Positions 1-9,166 of a DNA stretch of 64,000 nt are shown here, in pieces; the first letter of the stretch is position 1; the number at the start of each line of letters is the position of its first letter. Below the pieces are notes generated by a model. It worked only from the letters and a program-made list of their open reading frames with translations, did not search any database and was not told where the DNA came from. The position numbers and the translations under genes were made by a program. Location: the sequence record MN159079.1. The stretch is one strand, 5' to 3'.

Positions 1-12
1 TCCCGGGTCCGG

Positions 13-588
13 ATGGTTCACAATACCAGGTTCGGTTTCGACATCTGTCACGAAGACAAGCAAGGTAGCTTCCGGCTTTCCTTTGGTGGGAAACGTCTTG
101 ATGTTATCGAGATCCACGAAATGATAGTTGCAATCATCAAGTTAACCTGTAGCGTTAACGATGGTAAAACAATCAACATCGGAAAGTACATCTTTACCAA
201 CCTCGATACAGAGAGCGGGGATCGTTACATTGGAATTTTCCGTAATGCGATTCACGTTTCTTGTCGTGCCAAGATGTTACTGGTGGGCACTGGAGAACTG
301 GAAGCTATTGTCCAATCTCTGGGTAACATCATTTTCATGGAGACGACACGTCGTGGAAGTGATAGTAAAGAACTGGCTCGTTTCACCAGAGCAGAGAGCG
401 AAAACCTGAAGAAGAACGTACAGCGACTGTGCGAGCTTTACAGCGATCGTCACAAATGGACGGACCAAGTTTACACCTGGTTGAGAGAATGCACTACAAT
501 GAGCTTACAAGAACTCTCAGTGGAGTACGGTGGGGTACAGATCAATCGTAATAGACTGCTCCGTAACAAACCGCTACTCAACAAGTAA
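13..588 (+). CDS. hypothetical protein
   Basis: 191-aa ORF co-oriented with the gene cluster; upstream context cut by window edge. Confidence 0.75.
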   Translation: MVHNTRFGFDICHEDKQGSFRLSFGGKRLDVIEIHEMIVAIIKLTCSVNDGKTINIGKYIFTNLDTESGDRYIGIFRNAIHVSCRAKMLLVGTGELEAIVQSLGNIIFMETTRRGSDSKELARFTRAESENLKKNVQRLCELYSDRHKWTDQVYTWLRECTTMSLQELSVEYGGVQINRNRLLRNKPLLNK

Positions 589-703
589 TTTCCTACTCAT
601 GTAGGGATGAGGTGGAGGAACAATTCCGTTCCTCCTTTTCGCAGTGCTACCCCGTAAAACGGATGACTGCATTATTGCCATGGCTAAACGCCTAGGAGTA
701 ATT

Positions 704-1687
704 ATGAACGTTATGAAAATGATTCACGCACCGCTTGACAATCTCGGTGAGTACCACGTCGGGATGTTCCCCGAAGATCCTGAACGAGTCTACTTGATGG
801 ACTTAAACTTCCACGAACACAATTCCATGGTGATCCATCGCTACACCAAACACGAAATGGGTGAACTCTCAAAGATATTCAAGAGTGTTCTTACCTCCAT
901 GCAATTTGCAAGGAATGCGACCATCAAGTTCGATGTTGCTGAATACGGCGTATCGGTCATCAAAGGGGCGAGTATCGAGATCCGTAATCTCGAACACGTT
1001 CATCGCCCTAATCTGACAATGAGATTCTGGGGACGGGCGAGTGATAAAGACCCTAGCGGTGAACTCGATTGGTTCTCCCAGACTGAGCGTGCACTACTGG
1101 TCCTTTCTGAAATCTTCGGAGCGATGCACGAGCTTAACGAACCAGGTAAGAAAGGAAAACTCTCGACGGTGATGCGGTTGTTTAAGAAGCATTCGTCAGA
1201 ACATGAACTATCGGAAAAGCAGTTTGTCGATTTCATCGGCGCTACCAGACCAGATAGACGTGAACTGATAAACGACATCATCATGATCGGGCACTCGCTG
1301 AGCGATGGTCCTGTTCACCATTCCGGGTTAACGTTTGCAAGTACCGCTGACCACTATCATCTTGCACTGGATAAAGGAGAACACCTCCCTGCATTGATAA
1401 ATAGTTTCAGTAAAGTAGTCCGGGGTGAAGATGCCGTGGATCACTTCACGGAATACAACGGGGAATATCCCTGGATGTCCCATAGCTTTATGGGTTATTC
1501 TGCAAAGAAAGGGATGCCCGCCTGGAGAGACCGAACTGTCGTTATGGGGTATAACACCTACATGAAGACAGGACGGTTCAGTACTTTGACGAGTGTAGAT
1601 GTACTTGAGTATATTGTTCAAGTACTTATCGAAATTGAGGAACGAGTGAAACGACTAGTCGAACTCTATCCTCCTAAGACCAAGTAG
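704..1687 (+). CDS. hypothetical protein
   Basis: Long ORF (track start 644 GTG); ATG 704 preferred because AGGAG lies just upstream; followed by terminator. Confidence 0.8.
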   Translation: MNVMKMIHAPLDNLGEYHVGMFPEDPERVYLMDLNFHEHNSMVIHRYTKHEMGELSKIFKSVLTSMQFARNATIKFDVAEYGVSVIKGASIEIRNLEHVHRPNLTMRFWGRASDKDPSGELDWFSQTERALLVLSEIFGAMHELNEPGKKGKLSTVMRLFKKHSSEHELSEKQFVDFIGATRPDRRELINDIIMIGHSLSDGPVHHSGLTFASTADHYHLALDKGEHLPALINSFSKVVRGEDAVDHFTEYNGEYPWMSHSFMGYSAKKGMPAWRDRTVVMGYNTYMKTGRFSTLTSVDVLEYIVQVLIEIEERVKRLVELYPPKTK

Positions 1688-1693
1688 TGTGGC

Positions 1694-1719
1694 AGGGTGG
1701 AGACTTCGGTCTCCACCCT
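1694..1719 (+). terminator. intrinsic terminator hairpin
   Basis: AGGGTGGAGAC-TTCG-GTCTCCACCCT followed by a T-rich tract. Confidence 0.85.
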
Positions 1720-1761
1720 ATAAACCTTTATTATTTCTTTGCTCTATATCTTTTCAAATCG

Positions 1762-1777
1762 ATATTATTAAGGTGTA
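1762..1777 (+). promoter_or_regulatory. putative phage early promoter
   Basis: ATATTATTAAGGTGTA; matches the recurring ATATTAYYNNRGTGWA motif, which resembles the phiKZ early TATATTAC promoter. Confidence 0.6.
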
Positions 1778-1829
1778 TGCAAGGCCATATAAATTAACTA
1801 ATCTTCAACAATGACTAGAGGAAATACCC

Positions 1830-2801
1830 ATGAATGATTTCATCGCTGCTCGTTTCGGACATAACGTTTTCATCGGCTTCGATCTGGAGACACCTGATTG
1901 CTTGGATGTGATCAGTGCTTCCGGTGAACGCATGGAAGTGCTGGCGATCAGCCATTACCGTCAGGATGCTCGCGGAATGTTCCGTGATCGTCGTTACGCA
2001 CTGGTCCGTGCTATTGAAGGGATGTTGATCCATCTCTCCGTTCTCCCCAACGAGAAACACATCAAAGCGTTTGACTTCCTGGAGCTGTCCTACATTCCAG
2101 GGGAAGGCTGCATGCTTCGTTACGACCGTCAGCGTGTATACCTGATGCGTTGCCCGCGACACATCAAAGCTCAGGAATTCAATGTCCCTGGCTTGGTCGT
2201 CGTCCTGACTCGTTTGATGAACCTGATCAAGGCCAACATCGAGTACTGTGACAATGACCTGAATGAAAAGGAAGCGCGTCTCAAGTACAAAGAGAATGAC
2301 TACCTGATCAACACCCATCTTTACGAAGTGACCCGGATGGCAAGTCCTACTGGTAACTTCAACCGCAGTTATCAACGTTACTGGGCTTTGGCAGTTCGGA
2401 TGTTCCAAGGTACCCAGGGGACTCCTACTGATCCGGCACAACCGTATGCTTACGCCAAGGTACGGTTCTACAGTCCGCGTGGTTTCATGATCTATCAGAC
2501 TGGTGCTGGTGTGGGTTGCAAGGAACGAGATGCGAAACTGTTTGACGCTCTCGATCGTTGCCGCCTGGGTGATCATCTCCAAGTGGTGTACACTACTCAA
2601 CGTGGTGCGATGACACTTTCAACTACTCCGGATTGCGAACCGGATGGTTATGGTGAAATCAACATGCACCTGGTCAGTGGTCCTGCCGGTAGTTCGTTAA
2701 CCATCCCGTATGAAACAGACGCGATCGTGTTCATTAAGAACTCCATCGCTGCGGCAAGTCGTGAAGCAACTGAAGCAGTCCGTGCACTGCGTTCGGCATA
2801 A
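1830..2801 (+). CDS. hypothetical early protein
   Basis: 323-aa ORF with GAGGA RBS, downstream of promoter motif. Confidence 0.85.
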   Translation: MNDFIAARFGHNVFIGFDLETPDCLDVISASGERMEVLAISHYRQDARGMFRDRRYALVRAIEGMLIHLSVLPNEKHIKAFDFLELSYIPGEGCMLRYDRQRVYLMRCPRHIKAQEFNVPGLVVVLTRLMNLIKANIEYCDNDLNEKEARLKYKENDYLINTHLYEVTRMASPTGNFNRSYQRYWALAVRMFQGTQGTPTDPAQPYAYAKVRFYSPRGFMIYQTGAGVGCKERDAKLFDALDRCRLGDHLQVVYTTQRGAMTLSTTPDCEPDGYGEINMHLVSGPAGSSLTIPYETDAIVFIKNSIAAASREATEAVRALRSA

Positions 2802-2818
2802 TCTAAGAGGAAGCTAAC

Positions 2819-3157
2819 ATGTCAGTAGAAAGCATTAAGGAACGTGTTAAGAATTTCGTTAACATGTCCGGTATCGATGTGAACTTCAATGGTCGCATCA
2901 TTACACCCAAGGCCAGGTTCCGTAAAGACCGGATGAAAGCCACCCAGGAAACCGCTCGTCACTATCGCGAGATCAGGATTTCTGATGACGTACTGGACAA
3001 CCTCGGGATCGAGAAAACGGATGGCAAGAACATCCCGACCATCTCCGAGTGTTTTGAGATGCTTCCTCCTCACTTCAAGCGGAAGGACAGTATCGTCAAG
3101 TACATGGAATCCCGCCGTACCGAATTTGACAACCGGCTGAAGGAGTACCTGCAATGA
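2819..3157 (+). CDS. hypothetical basic protein
   Basis: 112-aa ORF with GAGGA RBS. Confidence 0.8.
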   Translation: MSVESIKERVKNFVNMSGIDVNFNGRIITPKARFRKDRMKATQETARHYREIRISDDVLDNLGIEKTDGKNIPTISECFEMLPPHFKRKDSIVKYMESRRTEFDNRLKEYLQ

Positions 3158-3300
3158 CTGATGGGAATCTTCCTCAGTACATCCCTTTAGACTATATAGG
3201 GAAAGTCAGGAGTCGAGTCAAAAAGCACGACGCGGCAAGACTCAAAGCGATGTACGAACGTGCACGCAATGTCGTCAAGAACAATACCCGGTCTAAATGA
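3154..3300 (+). CDS. small basic hypothetical protein (48 aa)
   Basis: ATGA overlap with upstream stop and AGGAG RBS; MTDGNLPQYIPLDYIGKVRSRVKK...; below ORF-track cutoff. Confidence 0.6.
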   Translation: MTDGNLPQYIPLDYIGKVRSRVKKHDAARLKAMYERARNVVKNNTRSK

Positions 3301-3395
3301 CTGGGTTATCGAGTTGCGAGTATTCAGGTGGTATTATCCTGAGCTCGCAATCATGATGGACAATTCCGTTCATCATAATTTAAGAGGAAAGTAAG

Positions 3396-4310
3396 ATGTC
3401 CTGTAAACTGCTGAGTATCAATGTTCACCCGACCTTGTCCATGGTTATCACTGAGGACAAAAGTTCTCATTTGCGTTTCCTTGGTCACACCAGTGAAAAG
3501 ATGGCACTGACAACCACACCCATCAAGTTGGCTGGGGAGTTGATCGAGATCACTGATTTGTGGCGGGCGAGTGAATCAACATCCGGGATCGCGACCACAC
3601 GCTTTAAGGTGATCAAGTCCTGCCTGGTCTATTACCCGTTTGGTGGTAACGCAATAACGCTGATGAAAGCCGAGAACCGCGAAGAAGGTATTCGGAAATT
3701 GGAACGGCTCATCCAAATATTCAAGCAATTCACCGACTACATTGCTGACGTTATTGACTTCGAAACAGCGACTAAACAGTTGCGTGAATTAGAAGATAAA
3801 ACGATGGATGGATTGGTCTTCATCTACGGCGGTAAAACTTCGCAAGGTGGTAAACGCTTCTTCGAGAAGACCGAGTTCTTGGTCGGACGGTTGGTTGTAA
3901 GAACCACTTCTTTGGTTACCACCGATTTGGGTGAACGCAAAGAAGTTCCCGTTGGGCTCCAACTGGTTTTCACTGGGACAACAGGTAGCGCTATATTTGC
4001 TGTCCTGGACAACCCTATCAACAATGACAAGTACGAGGCGATCATGAGGATGACCAAACCTCATCCCGATTGCGTTCCTCGTATTTTTCATACTGCTGGA
4101 TCTACTGCACACGTTAGCAGTGGACACGGTCAGAATTTACCTGACGGATTCCCCGTCGGGATTACGTTCACCTATGTATCACCGGTGACCGCTAGACAAC
4201 TCACTCTCTATCGGGATGCCGATGGAATGGTCGAGTTCTTCGAGAAGACCTATCATGATGCAATGCTTCACGGTCATCTCAACCCCATTAACAACGAAAG
4301 TAAGGAGTAA
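3396..4310 (+). CDS. hypothetical protein
   Basis: 304-aa ORF with GAGGA RBS. Confidence 0.85.
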   Translation: MSCKLLSINVHPTLSMVITEDKSSHLRFLGHTSEKMALTTTPIKLAGELIEITDLWRASESTSGIATTRFKVIKSCLVYYPFGGNAITLMKAENREEGIRKLERLIQIFKQFTDYIADVIDFETATKQLRELEDKTMDGLVFIYGGKTSQGGKRFFEKTEFLVGRLVVRTTSLVTTDLGERKEVPVGLQLVFTGTTGSAIFAVLDNPINNDKYEAIMRMTKPHPDCVPRIFHTAGSTAHVSSGHGQNLPDGFPVGITFTYVSPVTARQLTLYRDADGMVEFFEKTYHDAMLHGHLNPINNESKE

Positions 4311-4313
4311 ATC

Positions 4314-4679
4314 ATGGGCGGTGTAAACCCTCTGTTCGCAGCACTGTTGGAACTGATCGGCATCGATGTCTATGACACCGACAACTATCAAATCGGTCGC
4401 ACTCGTTCCGGTAACTTCACCGACAACGGTAACAAGATCGAGTACGCAATCCGGACCATCCGTCTGGGTGGTTCACTCTGGATCACTGGTACTCTGGGTG
4501 ATGACGTGGTTGAACTGCGTGTTGTAGAACCTGGCGTAGCCGCGTTCAGCATCGGTCTTCCCAACAAGAACGATGCTGAGACTACCAGCAAGATCGTGTT
4601 CAACATCTCCTTCACCTGCGAAGAAGATCTCCGTACCGCCTGGCGTCGTGTTGAAGGTCTCTTCAGCTACGCCGGTTAA
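4314..4679 (+). CDS. hypothetical protein
   Basis: 121-aa ORF with AAGGAG RBS; followed by hairpin 4687-4709. Confidence 0.85.
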   Translation: MGGVNPLFAALLELIGIDVYDTDNYQIGRTRSGNFTDNGNKIEYAIRTIRLGGSLWITGTLGDDVVELRVVEPGVAAFSIGLPNKNDAETTSKIVFNISFTCEEDLRTAWRRVEGLFSYAG

Positions 4680-4725
4680 ATCGTCAAGGAGGGAATTTAT
4701 TTCCCTCCTATAATCTTTCACACCT

Positions 4726-4741
4726 ATATTACTTAGGTGCT
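4726..4741 (+). promoter_or_regulatory. putative phage early promoter
   Basis: (T)ATATTACTTAGGTGCT, containing the exact TATATTAC core. Confidence 0.65.
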
Positions 4742-4824
4742 GGTACGAATAGTAAAGCTTTACGCTTCGTGCTATAACTTGTTAACCAATTGTTTCTTTT
4801 CCACAACTAAGGGAAATCTGAAAA

Positions 4825-5271
4825 ATGTCCAAGAAAACTGAACTGACCTTCGCTGAAATCATGTCCGCCGGTAAAGACTCCCTGGTGAAGGGTGCTGACA
4901 TCCACAACGCGACCCACACCATCAAGTTCAAGGCCGAAGACCTGACCATGCCCAAGGGCGTGACCGCTGAGTCTCTGGACCTCCACATGAACTTCATCAA
5001 CCAGTCTTCCGAGCAAGTCAGCGCCGCTGTCATGGACATCGCCCAGGACCGCTACGAAGACACCAAGCACCTGGCTTGGGATGGTGTTCTGGAAGTGACC
5101 CCCGGTCTGACCCTGACTGGTTTCGCCAACCTCCGTGAAGAAGTCGACGGCGAAGCTGTCTTCGGTTCCATGTCCAGCCTGGTCGACTACAACTACGGCA
5201 CCGAGCTGACCGACTGGATCACCAGCAACCAAGAGCTGATGGCCGAGAAAGCCAAGAAGCTCTTCGAGTAA
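4825..5271 (+). CDS. acidic hypothetical protein, probably highly expressed
   Basis: 148 aa; strongly C-ending codon bias like chimallin and sheath; own promoter and terminator (5283-5306). Confidence 0.85.
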   Translation: MSKKTELTFAEIMSAGKDSLVKGADIHNATHTIKFKAEDLTMPKGVTAESLDLHMNFINQSSEQVSAAVMDIAQDRYEDTKHLAWDGVLEVTPGLTLTGFANLREEVDGEAVFGSMSSLVDYNYGTELTDWITSNQELMAEKAKKLFE

Positions 5272-5282
5272 ATGTTCGTTCG

Positions 5283-5306
5283 CCCGTTCCTGGAAACAGG
5301 AACGGG
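5283..5306 (+). terminator. intrinsic terminator hairpin
   Basis: CCCGTTCCTG-GAAA-CAGGAACGGG then T-rich tract. Confidence 0.8.
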
Positions 5307-5339
5307 TTACTTCATCTCTTTTTATTTTTGGGTTTTTGT

Positions 5340-5921
5340 ATGAACGATCGTCCCAATGCTAAACAAGTTCTTGCAAAACACACATCTAGAACGTTCCTTT
5401 GTGATGGTGATCGTTTAAGTTGTGTGTCCTTTATTCATCACGTAACCAAACACGTCTGGATAAAGGGTGGTGAAAGATCAACTTATTTCCACGACGCCAC
5501 CAACTTGAAACTTTTCCTGGGTGGAAAGATTATCAAGCTTCATAGCTGTGATCTGGGTAGTGTCCACTACGGCCTGGTTGATTTCGTTCGTAAACTGGAC
5601 GTGATTATAAAAGCTGTCAGTAACACACTCGACTTCCTTGGCAAGAATCCCAAGTACGGTGACCGTTTCGTAGTGAAGGAATTCCTTAACCCGGTGGATG
5701 GTAACTTGGTGGACATCTATACCAGTTCCATAGCTATTACATCTAGCCCCACTCACGGGTTGACGTTTGAACTCGCGTCATGTGACTTTAAGAGCCGTAT
5801 CACCCTACAACGCAAATCCGGTCCCAAGTTCCTGAGGAAGTTTCTTGATTTCGTCACCAAATGTCGAAATGAAGTTCAGGGTACTCTGGACAAGCACACT
5901 GGTACATTACAGGAGAGCTAA
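5340..5921 (+). CDS. hypothetical protein
   Basis: ORF with ATG 5340 (track start 5328). Confidence 0.75.
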   Translation: MNDRPNAKQVLAKHTSRTFLCDGDRLSCVSFIHHVTKHVWIKGGERSTYFHDATNLKLFLGGKIIKLHSCDLGSVHYGLVDFVRKLDVIIKAVSNTLDFLGKNPKYGDRFVVKEFLNPVDGNLVDIYTSSIAITSSPTHGLTFELASCDFKSRITLQRKSGPKFLRKFLDFVTKCRNEVQGTLDKHTGTLQES

Positions 5922-5922
5922 A

Positions 5923-6459
5923 ATGCACCCTAATGCAGAACGTGTTATGAACGGGGCTTTTGATGAAATCATTTTCTATGATAAGATCGAAGGTCCGCGA
6001 ATTTACATGGATTGGGACTTCGGTCAGAATCCCATCACTGTAAGCGGAAAAGAAAGTGACATGAAGGTCCCTAGGCTTGAGCGGCTGGCAAAGATTCTGG
6101 AGTGGGAGGATAAAACCTCTTGGGTCCTGACATTTACTAATGGTGAATGGCCGAGCTGTTCCATCGAGTCTGTTGACCGTCGTGTCACCAAAGATCCTGA
6201 CTGGGAACTTCCCTTTGACACTGTGGAAGAATGTCTTCTGCACATCCACGAACACATGGGTGAGAAAGGGCTGGTCTATCGTTCCAAGCAAGAAATGCCG
6301 CTCGATTTGACCAGTGTTGTCAAGCCGTGGGATCTCAGTAAGGAAACCTACACCAACGAGGAAGTTCGCATTCTCATGGAAATGATGAAGGCGGAATTCG
6401 TTGAGACAACCAACCAACTTTTCGATCGTATGCTGGGTCGTCTGGCAATAAAGGAATAA
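5923..6459 (+). CDS. hypothetical protein
   Basis: ATG 5923 follows AGGAG and the upstream stop. Confidence 0.8.
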   Translation: MHPNAERVMNGAFDEIIFYDKIEGPRIYMDWDFGQNPITVSGKESDMKVPRLERLAKILEWEDKTSWVLTFTNGEWPSCSIESVDRRVTKDPDWELPFDTVEECLLHIHEHMGEKGLVYRSKQEMPLDLTSVVKPWDLSKETYTNEEVRILMEMMKAEFVETTNQLFDRMLGRLAIKE

Positions 6460-6470
6460 GGAGTATAAAA

Positions 6471-7019
6471 ATGAAAAAGCTGGGTGTGTTTATTGTACTA
6501 CTCTTTGTATCGATGTTTGCCATGGCCGGTGGTACTACGAAGGCCAATCTGGACCTCGGTAGCATGGGCTGGGTAGTCGACAAACGTACCGAAGACGGCA
6601 AAGCGTACATGATTCGTAATAAAGGGAATAACGGTGGAGTCATCCGACTCGGCTGTAATGTCCCTGGCGGGGATGTTTCTGTCAAGTACATCTATCGGGG
6701 ACTCAATAAAGACTTCTTCATTATTGAGCTTCTCACTGATGCCAGACTGGATTCCTATCCCTATACGGCCATGTATGGAGTTAAGTCATTGAACCAAGCA
6801 GCGATGTACAAGCAGTTCGCTATGACCGATGCTGGTTTCATGATGACTCGTTTTGCCGAAGGTGCGGCTGAGCGATTCTTTAAGAGTCGCAAAGATCGTG
6901 AGGTTTACGGACTCCCCCGTCCCATTGGTACGGAGCTGTTCGTAGGTCACGAACAAGTAGCTGATTACATCAATGATGTTAAAGCCACTTGTGCTTTCAC
7001 TGAGGAACCTCTTCACTGA
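6471..7019 (+). CDS. secreted/periplasmic protein
   Basis: Sec-type signal peptide MKKLGVFIVLLFVSMFAMA; AAGGAG RBS. Confidence 0.8.
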   Translation: MKKLGVFIVLLFVSMFAMAGGTTKANLDLGSMGWVVDKRTEDGKAYMIRNKGNNGGVIRLGCNVPGGDVSVKYIYRGLNKDFFIIELLTDARLDSYPYTAMYGVKSLNQAAMYKQFAMTDAGFMMTRFAEGAAERFFKSRKDREVYGLPRPIGTELFVGHEQVADYINDVKATCAFTEEPLH

Positions 7020-7052
7020 GGAACCTTTTCTATTAACTTAGGAAACCGGTAA

Positions 7053-7547
7053 ATGTCCTGTGTAAATATTGAAAGACTTGAAGAGGTCGGATACGTCATA
7101 GAACGTAGGTCGGATAGACTGGACCAATTCATTTTAAGATCAAGGGAGCCGGGTGATCGCCCTGGGGTATTTGCGAGTGATGGTATCGAAGACAATCCTC
7201 GCTGGACTTCTGATGAACGTATGTCATTCACAGTGGCATGTGACGTTTCTGCAAAGAAGTACATCATCTCACTGTTCATCTTTGGACGGTCGGATGAACT
7301 ACCCCCTACGTATTTCCTGTTGGACGTTGAACCAACATCTCTTTGGCTGGCTGTTGAAACAGTCTTAGAGACTCAACCTCTGACTCCGGTTGACGAAATG
7401 ATTGAAGCTCGAGACGACATCATTTCTGACGGAAAGGTTTATACGACCGACCAGGTGGTCACCCTGATAAAGTTAGTCCGCGGAGATCTCAACTCTCCTG
7501 AGGGTGATAAGCACATCGCGATGCTGCTCAAGAGTGTGCAGCCATAA
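7053..7547 (+). CDS. hypothetical protein
   Basis: 164-aa ORF; followed by hairpin 7556-7587. Confidence 0.75.
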   Translation: MSCVNIERLEEVGYVIERRSDRLDQFILRSREPGDRPGVFASDGIEDNPRWTSDERMSFTVACDVSAKKYIISLFIFGRSDELPPTYFLLDVEPTSLWLAVETVLETQPLTPVDEMIEARDDIISDGKVYTTDQVVTLIKLVRGDLNSPEGDKHIAMLLKSVQP

Positions 7548-7670
7548 TAAATAAGCTCCTAGGAACGCCCACAAGCGTTCCTAGGAGTATATGTGTGTCA
7601 TTTAATACAGAGGTCGTAACTATTCGTTATAGAGCGTTACAGAGCTCTAGATGCATAATTTTTCAGCTAT

Positions 7671-7686
7671 ACATTATTATAGTGTA
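7671..7686 (+). promoter_or_regulatory. putative phage early promoter
   Basis: ACATTATTATAGTGTA, a variant of the recurring motif. Confidence 0.5.
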
Positions 7687-7718
7687 ATGACAATCATTAT
7701 TCTACTAAGGAGCACGAC

Positions 7719-8324
7719 ATGAAAACCATTATTGCTTTTGTATTGTTTATGTTCGCTGTCGGTGTAGAAGCCGCCAGTTACGATATCAAAGAGGACCCGA
7801 TCTTCAATCTGGAAACTGCGGTCAACAATGATGTCAGTGTTAAAAAGATCTCTGGTAAAACTCACATCAAGATCCAGGGTGTGAGTGCCGAGGGTAAACA
7901 CAATCAGTGGGAGTTCATCTGCACTCCCTTCAAACCTGAACTTGTCATCAAGAACAACTCGGTTAACGAGGATGGTCAGATGACGAAGGAGGGAACTGGT
8001 TTCGCCATTCAGTTCTATATGGATGAGGAAGAAGTGGGACGTCCAATTGGCGAATGGGACAACGCGGACATTTATGTTTGGGATGATGGTCGTCAAGCTC
8101 TCGACCTCGCTCTTAACCGTTTACTTCCTATCGGCCAAGGCTGGATCGTATTTACAGTGTACGACATCGGGATGGGTAATGACAGGATTCCGGTTTCTTA
8201 CAGTCACAAGTACCCGGTCGGTGTTGCACAAGACATCGTGCGGAAACTGGTTAAAGCGGACGCTCTGGTTGATTGCAACTCTGCATTGATTCAAACTGGC
8301 GCTACCATCAAGTTCACTAACTAA
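7719..8324 (+). CDS. secreted/periplasmic protein
   Basis: Signal peptide MKTIIAFVLFMFAVGVEA; AAGGAG RBS. Confidence 0.8.
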   Translation: MKTIIAFVLFMFAVGVEAASYDIKEDPIFNLETAVNNDVSVKKISGKTHIKIQGVSAEGKHNQWEFICTPFKPELVIKNNSVNEDGQMTKEGTGFAIQFYMDEEEVGRPIGEWDNADIYVWDDGRQALDLALNRLLPIGQGWIVFTVYDIGMGNDRIPVSYSHKYPVGVAQDIVRKLVKADALVDCNSALIQTGATIKFTN

Positions 8325-8335
8325 GGAAAAATACC

Positions 8336-8956
8336 ATGCGTTTTATTATTGCTTTTCTTACACTGGTTCTCTCCACTGGCTCCTATGCTTTCAGCTTCGG
8401 TAAGAAGGCTGTTCCGGTAGAGGAGAACAGCTTCGAAACATCTTGGGCTCGTGTCCTCACTCTCAAAGATCAAATCTCTATGGGATGGACTGCTCGGGAC
8501 ATGAGTGACCGGGAATTCGATATTACCATGATGTGCGACAGCATCCGCTCGACCATCTGGAATTACAAGTTCCCAGGCCAACCTGGTGTAAAGGTAGACG
8601 GCCTTGCCATGCTGATGGTCCGTGACGTCGGAAACGATTTGTCGAAGATCGACCTGGAGACCGAAAGCCGGAACTACATGGTGATCTTTGATAGTAACTA
8701 TGCAATCGACGGTTCTGCGAATCTGGAAGTGCTGGTGAAAGACTCCAAGCGCATCGATGTGATTCCTGAACACATCAAGTTCCTGTGGGTTGGTTATAAA
8801 GCTAACCATACTGGTACTTGGATTGTTGCATCTGGACCCAAGATGTCCGCTGAAGGTATGTTCGGTCGTATGCAGTCTTACGCTGACTTCCCTCGTACCC
8901 AATTGGACACTTGCAGTCGTTCCATGGAGGAGCCTTCTTATAAGGTAGCCAACTAA
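8336..8956 (+). CDS. secreted/periplasmic protein
   Basis: Signal peptide MRFIIAFLTLVLSTGSYA. Confidence 0.8.
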   Translation: MRFIIAFLTLVLSTGSYAFSFGKKAVPVEENSFETSWARVLTLKDQISMGWTARDMSDREFDITMMCDSIRSTIWNYKFPGQPGVKVDGLAMLMVRDVGNDLSKIDLETESRNYMVIFDSNYAIDGSANLEVLVKDSKRIDVIPEHIKFLWVGYKANHTGTWIVASGPKMSAEGMFGRMQSYADFPRTQLDTCSRSMEEPSYKVAN

Positions 8957-9001
8957 GAAAAGCCCCGTGTTCACGGACACGGGGTCTTTAAGGAGTTATC
9001 C

Positions 9002-9136
9002 ATGAATAACAAAACTGTTGTATTTCTTTTAATAATAGGACTGGCCATAATCTGGTTAGGTAGTGAACACGTTGAATTGGAAGAAGCTGTCGATAACCTC
9101 ACAGAAGTTATCGGTCAGTGTGTCAATCAAGAGTAA
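9002..9136 (+). CDS. small membrane protein (44 aa)
   Basis: AAGGAG RBS; MNNKTVVFLLIIGLAIIWLGSE... with a single TM helix. Confidence 0.65.
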   Translation: MNNKTVVFLLIIGLAIIWLGSEHVELEEAVDNLTEVIGQCVNQE

Positions 9137-9166
9137 TCTCTCGTCTTTCTTAATGGAGTTCTGTAA

